From assembly GCA_049320885.1 (NCBI GenBank), contig JBMORA010000044.1, positions 1 to 64,000 of the forward strand: 64,000 nucleotides of DNA. The letters run 5' to 3'. The notes beneath the pieces were generated by a model. The model ran no database searches, was not told the DNA's origin, and saw only the letters and a list, made by a program, of their open reading frames with translations. Made by a program: the position numbers and the translations under genes. This document shows positions 32,252-41,380 of the stretch, one piece after another. The stretch's first letter is position 1. Each line of letters opens with the position of its first letter. The stretch comes from Thermodesulfobacteriota bacterium (GTDB lineage: Bacteria; Desulfobacterota; Desulfobacteria; Desulfobacterales; SURF-7).

Positions 32252-35200
32252 ATGAAAAAGATCATCTGTCTTCATATGATACTGTTTGTCTGTCTGCTGG
32301 GCTGGGCCATACCGGCCCGGGCGTATTTTGAAAATGACCATCTGCTCTTGTCAATCTACAATGAGGAGGACAACCAGGTGGGCGTGGACCTGGGTTCAGT
32401 CGACGCTCTGATTCGCACAGCCGGATCCAACCAGGTCCTGGTGGCAGCCGGTTCGTTTTCCCTGGATGATTTCGGCGCTGCGGTGGATTCCTGGTCCGAT
32501 CTGGCGGCCGGCGTTTTTACCTGCTTTCTGACCGGCAGCGGCTCCGCCAGCCAGCAGAACATGTATTTCGCCACCACGCTGACTACCGCTCCTGCCGTTA
32601 ATTTCCTGTCGGCGACCACCATGCAATCCGGCTCCGGCAGTGTCCACACCCTGTACAGAATGGGCGGCGGTGATGCTCCCACGGGAAAATCAACCTATGT
32701 CGGCTCCGCCGCTGAATGGAACGGCTACGATGTCAAGATGAACCAGAACAGCAATAATCCCGGCGGATTTGCCGGTTTTCACAACGAAGGCCTGAACAAT
32801 CCGATGGCGGAACCGACCCTGGAGGACTTGGCTACGACCGGATACATCGATCTGTATCTGTACCAATGGGCCAAAAACGTCAGCGGCAACCATTTCATCC
32901 CCGGCGTCGGCGCTGATTACCAAGGCATTGTCCGGATCAAAAACGACGGCAGTGTGCTTTTCAATCCCGCCGGGCTGAATCAGCCTCCCGTGGTGGCGGC
33001 AATCGGCGACCAGGAAGCAGTCACGGGAAGCACTGTCACCGTGGCGATCACCGCAACGGACGCCGACGGCGATTCCCTGTCAGCCGCTGTTTACAATCAA
33101 CAGGCGGTCGATCCGCGCTGGACTGTGTCAGCCCCCTCCGGCGGTTCCGGCAGCTATTCCTGGACAGCGAGGTGGACCATACCGGCCGAAACCATCACGC
33201 CTTCCACCGACTCCTTCACCGTCAAGGTGACGGACAACAAGGGCGGTGAAGGGGCGCGGGCGTTCACCATCACCGTGCTCGCCGGCAGCGCCGCGCCGGT
33301 CATTACGGCCATTCCCGACCAGACCGGCAAGGCCGGCGAAGCCCTGACCTTCACCATCAACGCCTCGGACAGCGACGAGGAGGAGGGCCTGACCCTTAGC
33401 CATACCACCCTGCCGGCCGGCGTTGAAGTGACGGATGCACCCGTGGTTACGGGAAACCAGTATCAATGGACCTTCACCTGGACACCCCTGTCGACCCAGC
33501 TGGGAACCCACACCATCACGTTCACCGTGAGCGACACGGACACCGGAACCGCCGATGCGACGGAAACCGTGGAGATCGTCATTGCCAGCGACCTCAAGGC
33601 TCCTTCGGTGCACGCCCCCGTCGACAAGACCGAATTCGCCTCCCTGGCAGCGCCGGATCTGGTGATAGCCAAACCGAATCACGGCAGCACGGTCTATACC
33701 TATGATTTCCAGATTTCCAAAAACAAGGCCATGACCGATGACGACCTCCTCGCCCATGGGGAGAACGTTCCGGAAACAACAGGTCAGTTCATCACCTGGG
33801 AATTGTCCAAGACCCTCGCGGAGGATTTGGAGGACAATACCTGGTATTACTGGCGGGCCCGCTCCAATGACGGCGAGAATCACAGCTCCTGGGTCACCGC
33901 AAGCTTCCAGGTGAACCTGGAGAATGAACAGCCTGGCGTTCCCGCGGGTATGGAACCCAAGGACAACGCCGTCAAGGACACGCGCACCCCCACCCTGAAA
34001 TGCGGGATTGCCGTTGATCCGGACGATGATATCCTCAAATACGAATTCGCGATCTATCTGCTTGACGGCGCCGAGCCGCTGGTCACCGGAGAGGTGGATG
34101 GGGTATATGATCCGGAACATCCGGAAATCGCCTGGACCGTGCCCGAAGACGCGGCCCTCGGGGATAAAACCGCTTATTACTGGAGAGTGCGGGCTGTTGA
34201 AACCCTGGTCAACGGGCTCAGCGGCGACTGGTCCGAGGCCTATGCCTTTTCCGTGGACACGGACAGCGACACCTCCCTGATACCCACCCTGGTCTATCCC
34301 GTCAACCAGGAGATCGCCGTCAACCGGCCCAAACTCAAGATCACCAATTCCGGTTCCGCCTGCCAGAAACCGTATTATTATTTTGAAATCATCGAGCGGG
34401 GAGCGGAGGAGGTCTGCGGGGCCTTCCAGGGTACCTATCTTGTCCAGTCGCCGGGCATTCCCCAGGGCCAGGTGGATCCGCCCCTGCCCGGCGGTTCCGA
34501 CTGGGAGACGGGCGAAGGCGGAATCGTGCTGCCCCAGGATCCGGACTTCACCTACTGGAAGACGCCGGCCCTTAAGGACGAAACCCATTACTGCTGGCGG
34601 GTGCGGCTCGTGGATGCCGCGGATACGGAAAACGCCGTTAAGTGGTCCGCCACCGGCACCTTCTTCGTCAACCTGAAGAATGATCCGCCCACCGCTCCCG
34701 TCATCCTGGAGCCAACCGGCGGCGCGGTGATCAGCGACGCCGGACAATTGGAAAATCTGACCCTCAGGGCCCGGCCCTCCGTGGATCGGGACGAGGATCG
34801 AATCGTTTACGAGTTCCGACTGCTGAAAAACGGCGGGGAAGTCGCCACCGAGGCAGTGGAGGATGTTGCCGAATGGAAAATCCCCATCCTGTTGGACAAC
34901 CACGCAACCTATCAGTGGCAGGTGCGGGCCTATGACGAGCATGCCTTTGACGGCGGAGCATTCGACCCGAATTGCGCCAGCCCGTGGTCGGGCCTGGCCG
35001 AATTCCATGTGTCCATCAATGGCGCGCCGTCGGTCCCGACCGTCAACAGTCCGCTCATCGGCAGTGTCATCTCCTCCCTGAAACCGGAACTGTCGGTGAT
35101 CAACAGCGTGGATCCGGACGGTGACGATCTGCAATACGAATTCGAGATCTACAATGACCTGTCCTTTGCCGCCTATGCGTTTGTGGCCAGCGGCGTCGTA

Positions 35201-35977
35201 TCCGAAGGGCAGGAAATCACCAACTGGAAGGTGCCGGTGACCCTGACGGACGGCATGCGCTACTACTGGCGTTCCAGGGCCCTGGACAGCGCCCTGCAGA
35301 GCACCTGGACCGCCACCGCCTCGTTCCGGGTGGATACTGCCTTTGTCAATCAGGAAATCGTCATAGCGGCCTCGAAAAAAATCCTGGCCGCGGCCATGGA
35401 TGTGCAGGAGCTGGTGGTCAACGACCCCACCAGCCCGGCCTGGGGGGTGAAGGTGAGCATTCCACCCGGCGCGGTATCCGGCGACATCCTTCTCACCATC
35501 GGGTATGTCAACAATCCGCCTGGATTCAGGGGCGGAATCAGGCTTCTCAACAAGGTTTTCGTATTCGGGCCATCCGGTTATACCTTCAACCGGGATGTGA
35601 GCATCCGGCTGCCGTACTCCCAGGCGGATTTGAAGGCGGCCGGCGTGAGCGACCCGACAAAACTCAAAATCTACCACTACAACCAGCTGACGGACGAATG
35701 GGAGGCCGTGGACAATATCGAAGTCGACACCTACGGCCGTTTCATCACCTTCAAGGTGCGGCATTTCTCCATGTACGCCGCGGCCCACGATCAGGACGGG
35801 GATGATACACCCCATGATGTTACCGCGGAATCCTCGAATGACGATGGCGGGATGTGTTTCATTTCGACCACTGATGGTGGGATGAATTTCGGCGGGCGGC
35901 TTGCGGAATGGATGGATGTGCTCGCGGGCTTGACCATGCTTGCGGCCGGACTCTGTTTTCGAAAAAAGCGCCGGTAA
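32252..35977 (+). CDS. Large surface protein: N-terminal domain shared with 36728, Ig/cadherin- and FN3-like repeats, Cys-Phe box C-terminal anchor
   Basis: Signal peptide; NQPPV..ATDADGD repeats; (Y/W)YWR repeats; GGMCFIST + TM + RKKRR. Confidence 0.88.
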   Translation: MKKIICLHMILFVCLLGWAIPARAYFENDHLLLSIYNEEDNQVGVDLGSVDALIRTAGSNQVLVAAGSFSLDDFGAAVDSWSDLAAGVFTCFLTGSGSASQQNMYFATTLTTAPAVNFLSATTMQSGSGSVHTLYRMGGGDAPTGKSTYVGSAAEWNGYDVKMNQNSNNPGGFAGFHNEGLNNPMAEPTLEDLATTGYIDLYLYQWAKNVSGNHFIPGVGADYQGIVRIKNDGSVLFNPAGLNQPPVVAAIGDQEAVTGSTVTVAITATDADGDSLSAAVYNQQAVDPRWTVSAPSGGSGSYSWTARWTIPAETITPSTDSFTVKVTDNKGGEGARAFTITVLAGSAAPVITAIPDQTGKAGEALTFTINASDSDEEEGLTLSHTTLPAGVEVTDAPVVTGNQYQWTFTWTPLSTQLGTHTITFTVSDTDTGTADATETVEIVIASDLKAPSVHAPVDKTEFASLAAPDLVIAKPNHGSTVYTYDFQISKNKAMTDDDLLAHGENVPETTGQFITWELSKTLAEDLEDNTWYYWRARSNDGENHSSWVTASFQVNLENEQPGVPAGMEPKDNAVKDTRTPTLKCGIAVDPDDDILKYEFAIYLLDGAEPLVTGEVDGVYDPEHPEIAWTVPEDAALGDKTAYYWRVRAVETLVNGLSGDWSEAYAFSVDTDSDTSLIPTLVYPVNQEIAVNRPKLKITNSGSACQKPYYYFEIIERGAEEVCGAFQGTYLVQSPGIPQGQVDPPLPGGSDWETGEGGIVLPQDPDFTYWKTPALKDETHYCWRVRLVDAADTENAVKWSATGTFFVNLKNDPPTAPVILEPTGGAVISDAGQLENLTLRARPSVDRDEDRIVYEFRLLKNGGEVATEAVEDVAEWKIPILLDNHATYQWQVRAYDEHAFDGGAFDPNCASPWSGLAEFHVSINGAPSVPTVNSPLIGSVISSLKPELSVINSVDPDGDDLQYEFEIYNDLSFAAYAFVASGVVSEGQEITNWKVPVTLTDGMRYYWRSRALDSALQSTWTATASFRVDTAFVNQEIVIAASKKILAAAMDVQELVVNDPTSPAWGVKVSIPPGAVSGDILLTIGYVNNPPGFRGGIRLLNKVFVFGPSGYTFNRDVSIRLPYSQADLKAAGVSDPTKLKIYHYNQLTDEWEAVDNIEVDTYGRFITFKVRHFSMYAAAHDQDGDDTPHDVTAESSNDDGGMCFISTTDGGMNFGGRLAEWMDVLAGLTMLAAGLCFRKKRR

Positions 35978-36118
35978 AGCGAAATGATGCAGCGCGGGGA
36001 AGAATAAGAAAAAAGAGAAAGCAATTCAAATGGAAAGGTGAAGGCCCCGGCCTTCACCTCTCTGTTGTAACGCCAGACTTTCCTGTCTTCAGGGGAACGG
36101 AGATCACATAACCAATCA

Positions 36119-36254
36119 TTGATGGAATCGTAAAAAGTCTGGTAGCTCGGTCATCGTCATGCCGGACTTGATCCGGCATCCAGTAAATACAATATATTCT
36201 GGGCTACCGCTTTCGCGGTAGCGACGGAATAGGGACTTTTTACCATTTCATCAA
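36119..36254. repeat. MITE/REP-like palindromic element
   Basis: Imperfect terminal inverted repeats TTGATGGAATCGTAAAAAGTC / GACTTTTTACCATTTCATCAA; internal hairpins ATGCCGGA-CTTGA-TCCGGCAT and GCTACCGC-TTTC-GCGGTAGC. Confidence 0.8.
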
Positions 36255-36603
36255 TCATTAATCCGACCGTAATAAAAACCTAATATGGGAAGGGTAAATC
36301 CAGAATCGAAATAAACGGAGCAGGTGAACCGGCGGAATAGCCGATAACCGGCAGACCGGTTGAGACCGAATCCGTATTCCAATCCAACAGTTTCCAAGGG
36401 TACTTCGCTGACTCGAATATTTCTCGGCACCAGGAAGCCCGCCAGCAAGGGGACCAGGCATCCCGGAAAGGAGGTGGGGAGCAAGACCCGCGGCGCATGG
36501 CGCGGCGCGTTGTCGAAGAAATCGGGAATCGAGTTGCATGTTCGTCCATGTCTGTCCATGTTCCTAATTGTATTGAAAATCGTTCATTCGCAATCAACAA
36601 ACG

Positions 36604-36693
36604 CCTTTTGAAAAGCCAACACCTGTGAGAGCGGGTGACGGAAAGCCACAGGCCCCGGCTGGCAATGAACGGGGCGGCTGGGCCGCCGGAAGG
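36604..36693 (+). ncRNA. c-di-GMP-I (GEMM) riboswitch
   Basis: P1 CCTTTTG/CGGAAGG; P2 CACCTGT-GAGA-GCGGGTG with GNRA loop; GACGGAAAGCC core; P3 closing GGCTGGGCCGCCG; 35 nt before ATG 36728. Confidence 0.8.
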
Positions 36694-36727
36694 ATAAAAA
36701 ACTGGTAACCAAAGAGGAGAAAGTTCC

Positions 36728-37504
36728 ATGAAAAAACTGTTATCCGTATTTGTGGCGTGTTTCATGCTTATCGGTATGGCCGGTCAGGCATCCGCCTATT
36801 TTGAAAACGACCATCTTGTCCTTGCCATTTACAATCAGGAAGACAACCAGGTGGGTATCGATCTGGGAGCAGTCGGCAGCCTGATCCGCACGCCGGGATC
36901 CAATCAGACCCTGGCCGCCGCCGGTTCCTTTTCCCTCAACGATTTCGGCGCCGCGGTTGACTCCTGGTCCGATGTCGCGGCCGGCGTTTTCACCTGCTAC
37001 CTGTCCGGCAGCGGCCAAACCAGCGCACAGAATATGTACTTCGCCACCGTGCTGCCCACCGCGCCGGTGGTCAACTTCCTGTCCGCGACCACCATGCAGT
37101 CCGGTTCCGGCTCGGTCCATACCCTGTACCGCGGCGACAACACCGACGGCAAATATGTCGGCTCCGCCACCGAATGGAACGGCTACGATGTCAAGATGAA
37201 CCAGAACAGCAACAATCCGGGCGGCATGGCCGGTTTCCACAACGAAGGCCTGAGCAACCCGGTGGCGGAACCGACCCTGGATGCCTTGGCGACGGTTGGC
37301 TATATCGATATGTATCTGTTTCAATGGCAGAAGAATGCCCAGGGCAATGCTTTCGTGCCCGGCATCGGCACGGAATACCAGGGCATCGTCCGGATTTCCG
37401 CCGACGGCTCCGCGGTTTTCAATCCGGTACCCATTCCCGGCGCTTTGATCCTGCTCGGCTCCGGTCTGGTGGCCCTCGTGGGTATCAGAAGAAGAAACGC
37501 ATAG
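36728..37504 (+). CDS. Secreted VPLPA/PEP-CTERM-type protein
   Basis: Signal peptide ending ASA; VPIPGALILLGSGLVALVGIRRR. Confidence 0.92.
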   Translation: MKKLLSVFVACFMLIGMAGQASAYFENDHLVLAIYNQEDNQVGIDLGAVGSLIRTPGSNQTLAAAGSFSLNDFGAAVDSWSDVAAGVFTCYLSGSGQTSAQNMYFATVLPTAPVVNFLSATTMQSGSGSVHTLYRGDNTDGKYVGSATEWNGYDVKMNQNSNNPGGMAGFHNEGLSNPVAEPTLDALATVGYIDMYLFQWQKNAQGNAFVPGIGTEYQGIVRISADGSAVFNPVPIPGALILLGSGLVALVGIRRRNA

Positions 37505-37601
37505 CTCTCCATTTCCATGTCATCCCGCATGGGATGACATGAAAGGATTTCCAAACCACACAAATGACGTGAAACGCAAAACAAATGCAAGGAGACTGAA
37601 A

Positions 37602-38783
37602 ATGATACGTAAAATGATCAAATCCGCAGTTGTCGGCATGGCCATGATGTCCGTGGTGGGTTCGGCCCAGGCCGCCCAGATCGATATCAACATCTACGGC
37701 GCTTCCGCCCAGTATCTGTTCTGGAATGACGCCGCCGATAACTTCCTCATCGCCCAGGGCTGCACCGGCGTGGCCCAGGCCGAGTACAGCGACAAGAAAC
37801 ACGGCATCACCAGGGGCACCTGCGGCGCCAACACCGTGTATATCCGTTATACCTCCAAGGCTTCCTATGACGGCATCCGTGCCGTGAAATGCCAGGATCC
37901 GGAAGGGCTATCCGCCGGCTGCCCCAGCGCCTGCTACCGCAGGATGGCGGATGAAACCGCCACCAACTTCACCACCAAAGTCGTCAGCGCCCTGTCCTGC
38001 GAGGATGTCACCATCGGCGCTTCCGATGTGGAAGCCGACGCCTTCAACCAGGAAAGCCATGGTGCGCTCAAAGGCCATCTCGGCGGCGTCTGGACGGATC
38101 GTTTCATCAACGGCGTGGACGACAGCGGCCTGAACTCCTACCGCCCCCTGGTGGTACCCTTCGGTTTCTTCAAGAACAACAGCGTACCCTACACCAACCT
38201 GACCCGTCTGATGGCCGTGCACCTTTTCTCCGGTCAGGTCAACAACTGGCAGTCTTTTGACATGGCCCAGGACAACCAGGATGTCGTGGTTTGTCTGCGT
38301 CACGCCGGTTCCGGCACCCATGCCACCCTGGACGCCGCTGTCATGCGAGGCGATCTGCCGCTGGTCATCGAGGAAAACCAGGTGCCCTTCCTCGGCTCCG
38401 TCAAATGGTTCAACGACGGCTCCTCCGACATGATGAAATGCATCGACCAGAACGCCGGCGCCATCGGGTATGCGGATTCCGACGCCCTGAAAAACCCGGC
38501 CACGTACCCCAACACGTCTGCCGTCACCTACATGGGAGTCTCTGCGGTCAAAGCCAATGTGGTCCAGGGCATGTATGATTTCTGGTCAGCCCAGTGGCTG
38601 TTCGAGTCCCCCACCGACGCCAACTACGGCACGACCCATTCCTGGGTTACCGCTCTGAACACCTTTGCCTCCAACCCGGCCAACCTGCCGGCCTCGACCC
38701 AGGCCTTCTGGGCCACCCAGAGCGAAATGAAGGTCACCAAAGCCAACAGCTTTGCCTTCCCGACTCGTACGGTGGAGCCGTAA
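37602..38783 (+). CDS. Secreted PstS/DING-like substrate-binding-fold protein
   Basis: Signal peptide; YGASAQ, IGASDV, RHAGSGTHA, GAIGYAD resemble phosphate-binding-protein motifs; several Cys. Confidence 0.7.
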   Translation: MIRKMIKSAVVGMAMMSVVGSAQAAQIDINIYGASAQYLFWNDAADNFLIAQGCTGVAQAEYSDKKHGITRGTCGANTVYIRYTSKASYDGIRAVKCQDPEGLSAGCPSACYRRMADETATNFTTKVVSALSCEDVTIGASDVEADAFNQESHGALKGHLGGVWTDRFINGVDDSGLNSYRPLVVPFGFFKNNSVPYTNLTRLMAVHLFSGQVNNWQSFDMAQDNQDVVVCLRHAGSGTHATLDAAVMRGDLPLVIEENQVPFLGSVKWFNDGSSDMMKCIDQNAGAIGYADSDALKNPATYPNTSAVTYMGVSAVKANVVQGMYDFWSAQWLFESPTDANYGTTHSWVTALNTFASNPANLPASTQAFWATQSEMKVTKANSFAFPTRTVEP

Positions 38784-38818
38784 GCCTTCGGTTGGTGCTG
38801 TTCTTCCAGTCGTAATTT

Positions 38819-38859
38819 CGAAAAAAATGGGTCCCTTGCCCGGGGGCCCATTTTTTTCG
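38819..38859. terminator. Intrinsic terminator
   Basis: CGAAAAAAATGGGTCCC...GGGCCCATTTTTTTCG. Confidence 0.8.
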
Positions 38860-39170
38860 CCCGCGCCCGAAAAAAAAGAATGCGAACCCGATTCTTTCCC
38901 AATCCCAACAGGCCAATGCTTTCGTCATCATGTGGAGATAATCCTGTTCCCTCTATCCTGCCCAAAAAACAAATCAGGTCATGGCAGGAAATTTTTATAC
39001 GATTCTAACAAAGCGATGGCAAAAAAGCGGCTTTGAGGTTTTTTGAATGGAAACTCATTCAATCCTAACAAGACCCAAGTAGAAGAAGTCCGTTGCAGGG
39101 TTCGATTAGGAGGAGCAAGTCCGGTCCGGAGGCGGGTAAAGGATAACAAGCATCGGGAGTATGGATAGAA

Positions 39171-40019
39171 ATGATACGGATGATGAAAACGTTGACATGG
39201 ATATGGATATTATTCGCGCCGGCCATGACGGTTTATGCGGCCGGAAAGCCCATGGAAGAACCGGCTCTTCGACTCATCGCCAAAGGCGACGACGTGAAAG
39301 TGGACATGACCTGCCGGTTGAAAACCGGGGAGCTAGTCATGACGACTTTGAAGGAAGTCGCTGAAAGTCCGGACAAACCGAAGGCAACCATTTTCCAGTT
39401 CTTGAAAACCTACGCTCCTGTCAGCGTCAAGGCCGGTGACGGTCAATTCTATTCGGGCAATGAGCCCTTGAGGTCCTTTACAGGAGAAATCCTGGCGGGC
39501 GTCAGCAACGCCCTGGTGGGCATGCAGGCCGGCGAAACCAGAACCATCACCCTTGAAGCCGTGACGGATCCGGCCATCAAACCCGAGGACCGCTATATTC
39601 AACTGGCCAGACTGCGAACCTATCCCAAGGAAATCAAGGCCCCCAAAGCCGAATATCAGCGCATTTACGCAAAGGAGCCGGAAGTGGGGGCCGAAGTGGA
39701 AGTGGGTATCGGGGTTACCGGTCGGATTGCCCGCATCCACGGGGATCAGCTGTGGATCAAGCCCGATCTGACGGATACCGGCATGGTCCAAACCCCTTGG
39801 GGGCCGGCCGAGGTCTCCGAGAAAGAGGATAAATTTGAACTCAGCATACTTCCGGAAGCCGGTCGTCTGGTCCGCACCGGTCCGTATGTCGGCAGGGTCG
39901 ATCGCATCGAGGCGGACAGCTACATCATGGACTTCGGCCATCCCTTCGGCTCAGCGGTCCTTGTTTGTGAAATCCGTGTTCGGGAAATCCATACCGGCGA
40001 AAAGGGTCAGGTAAAATGA
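39171..40019 (+). CDS. Exported FKBP/SlyD-like peptidyl-prolyl isomerase
   Basis: GDDVKVDMTCRLKTGEL, ALVGMQAGE, DFGHPF; long insertion domain. Confidence 0.8.
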   Translation: MIRMMKTLTWIWILFAPAMTVYAAGKPMEEPALRLIAKGDDVKVDMTCRLKTGELVMTTLKEVAESPDKPKATIFQFLKTYAPVSVKAGDGQFYSGNEPLRSFTGEILAGVSNALVGMQAGETRTITLEAVTDPAIKPEDRYIQLARLRTYPKEIKAPKAEYQRIYAKEPEVGAEVEVGIGVTGRIARIHGDQLWIKPDLTDTGMVQTPWGPAEVSEKEDKFELSILPEAGRLVRTGPYVGRVDRIEADSYIMDFGHPFGSAVLVCEIRVREIHTGEKGQVK

Positions 40020-41365
40020 AAACTGGCGATAGCGGTTGGGGCCGCCGATGGCTGAAAAAGAGAGGCATCGTGATATTGCTCTGGGCAGCTGTTCTGGTCG
40101 CGGGTTGCACCGGGAAGAGCCCGGTTCGTCCGGAAGAGAATCCTGTCGGTGAAACGGTTTCCGATGAAGCCCAACAGCAGAAAATTTTCCAACAACTCAA
40201 AGAAGCCATGGACTCGGGTAAAACCAGGATCACCATCCATGCGGATGAAATTCCGGGGGTCTGCCAGCAGGGCGACCTGGTGATGGTGGATTTCACGGCC
40301 CGCCTGGACAACGGAGAGTTCCTGGCCACCACCGTGGAAGCCGTTGCGGCCGTTGAAAAAAGTGGTCCGGACAATCCGTCTGATCCGTCCCGGATATTCC
40401 GGCCGGCGGCGGTTCTGGCCGGCGAAGGCGCCGACCTGCCAGGGATGGCTCAGGCCGTACTGGACATGAAAACCGGTGAACGCAAGACAGTGGCGGTTCC
40501 ACCGCCAGAGGCCTTCGGGGTCAGCAAATCCGAAGACATCAAACAGTTCCCGTTGATCCGGCGCACTCCCAAGACAGTGGTGCTGGAGCCCCGGGAATAT
40601 ATCGGGCGCTTTCAGCGGTTTCCGGTGCAGGACAAGACCGTGATGTACAACCCCTACCTTTCCGGCCGGGTGGCGGCGGTGGACGAAAACCGGGCGGAAT
40701 TGGTCCTGACGCCCATTGGGACAGAGGGGCAGGTGTTTCAGGAACCCTTTGGAACCATCCGCATCCAGGAGGAAGAAAACGCCTATGTGGTGACCCTGAC
40801 GCCGCAACCGGGCGCGGTGTTTGAAATGCAGGAGCGCAAGGGCCGGATCGTGGCTGCGGATGGGGAACAATTCAGCGTGGATTTCAATCACCCCCTGGCA
40901 GATAAAACCCTGAATCTGGAAATCGAGGTGAAGGAAATCGTCAAGGCCTCCGCAGCCTGGTCCGTTTCGCTGGACTGGCTCGAAGATTATGATGCGGGCG
41001 TGAAACGCGGTAAGGCCGAGCAAAAACCCATGGTCTTGTTCCTGTTTGCCGACTGGTGCGAGTGGTGCCGGAAATTCAAGGAAGAGGTGTTCACCGATCC
41101 GCGGATCACCAGCCTGAAGGACCATTTTGTTTGGGTCAAGCTGAATTCGGACATCCACCGGGAGTACAAGGAGTCCTTTGAACAGACCTCCTTTCCCAAG
41201 CTGCTGGTGCTCGATCCCGGGGAGGCGATCATGACCTCCTTCGAAGGATTCAGGGATGCAACGGCGTTGCGGGCCACATTGGTGGGCGCCATGGAACGGA
41301 TGGAATTCGAAAGCGGTAACACTAAAAACGAACATTTATTTTTACATCCCTATAATAAACCCTGA
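40016..41365 (+). CDS. Lipoprotein with FKBP/SlyD-like isomerase and thioredoxin-like domains
   Basis: LVAGC lipobox; VPPPEAFG, VDFNHPLA; FADWCEWC CxxC. Confidence 0.85.
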   Translation: MKTGDSGWGRRWLKKRGIVILLWAAVLVAGCTGKSPVRPEENPVGETVSDEAQQQKIFQQLKEAMDSGKTRITIHADEIPGVCQQGDLVMVDFTARLDNGEFLATTVEAVAAVEKSGPDNPSDPSRIFRPAAVLAGEGADLPGMAQAVLDMKTGERKTVAVPPPEAFGVSKSEDIKQFPLIRRTPKTVVLEPREYIGRFQRFPVQDKTVMYNPYLSGRVAAVDENRAELVLTPIGTEGQVFQEPFGTIRIQEEENAYVVTLTPQPGAVFEMQERKGRIVAADGEQFSVDFNHPLADKTLNLEIEVKEIVKASAAWSVSLDWLEDYDAGVKRGKAEQKPMVLFLFADWCEWCRKFKEEVFTDPRITSLKDHFVWVKLNSDIHREYKESFEQTSFPKLLVLDPGEAIMTSFEGFRDATALRATLVGAMERMEFESGNTKNEHLFLHPYNKP

Positions 41366-41380
41366 TCAAAAGACGTTCTT

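Noticed and set aside
33128..35815. 895-aa minus-strand ORF and other long antisense ORFs over 39-58 kb
   Set aside because: Shadow frames of GC-rich plus-strand genes; no recognisable motifs
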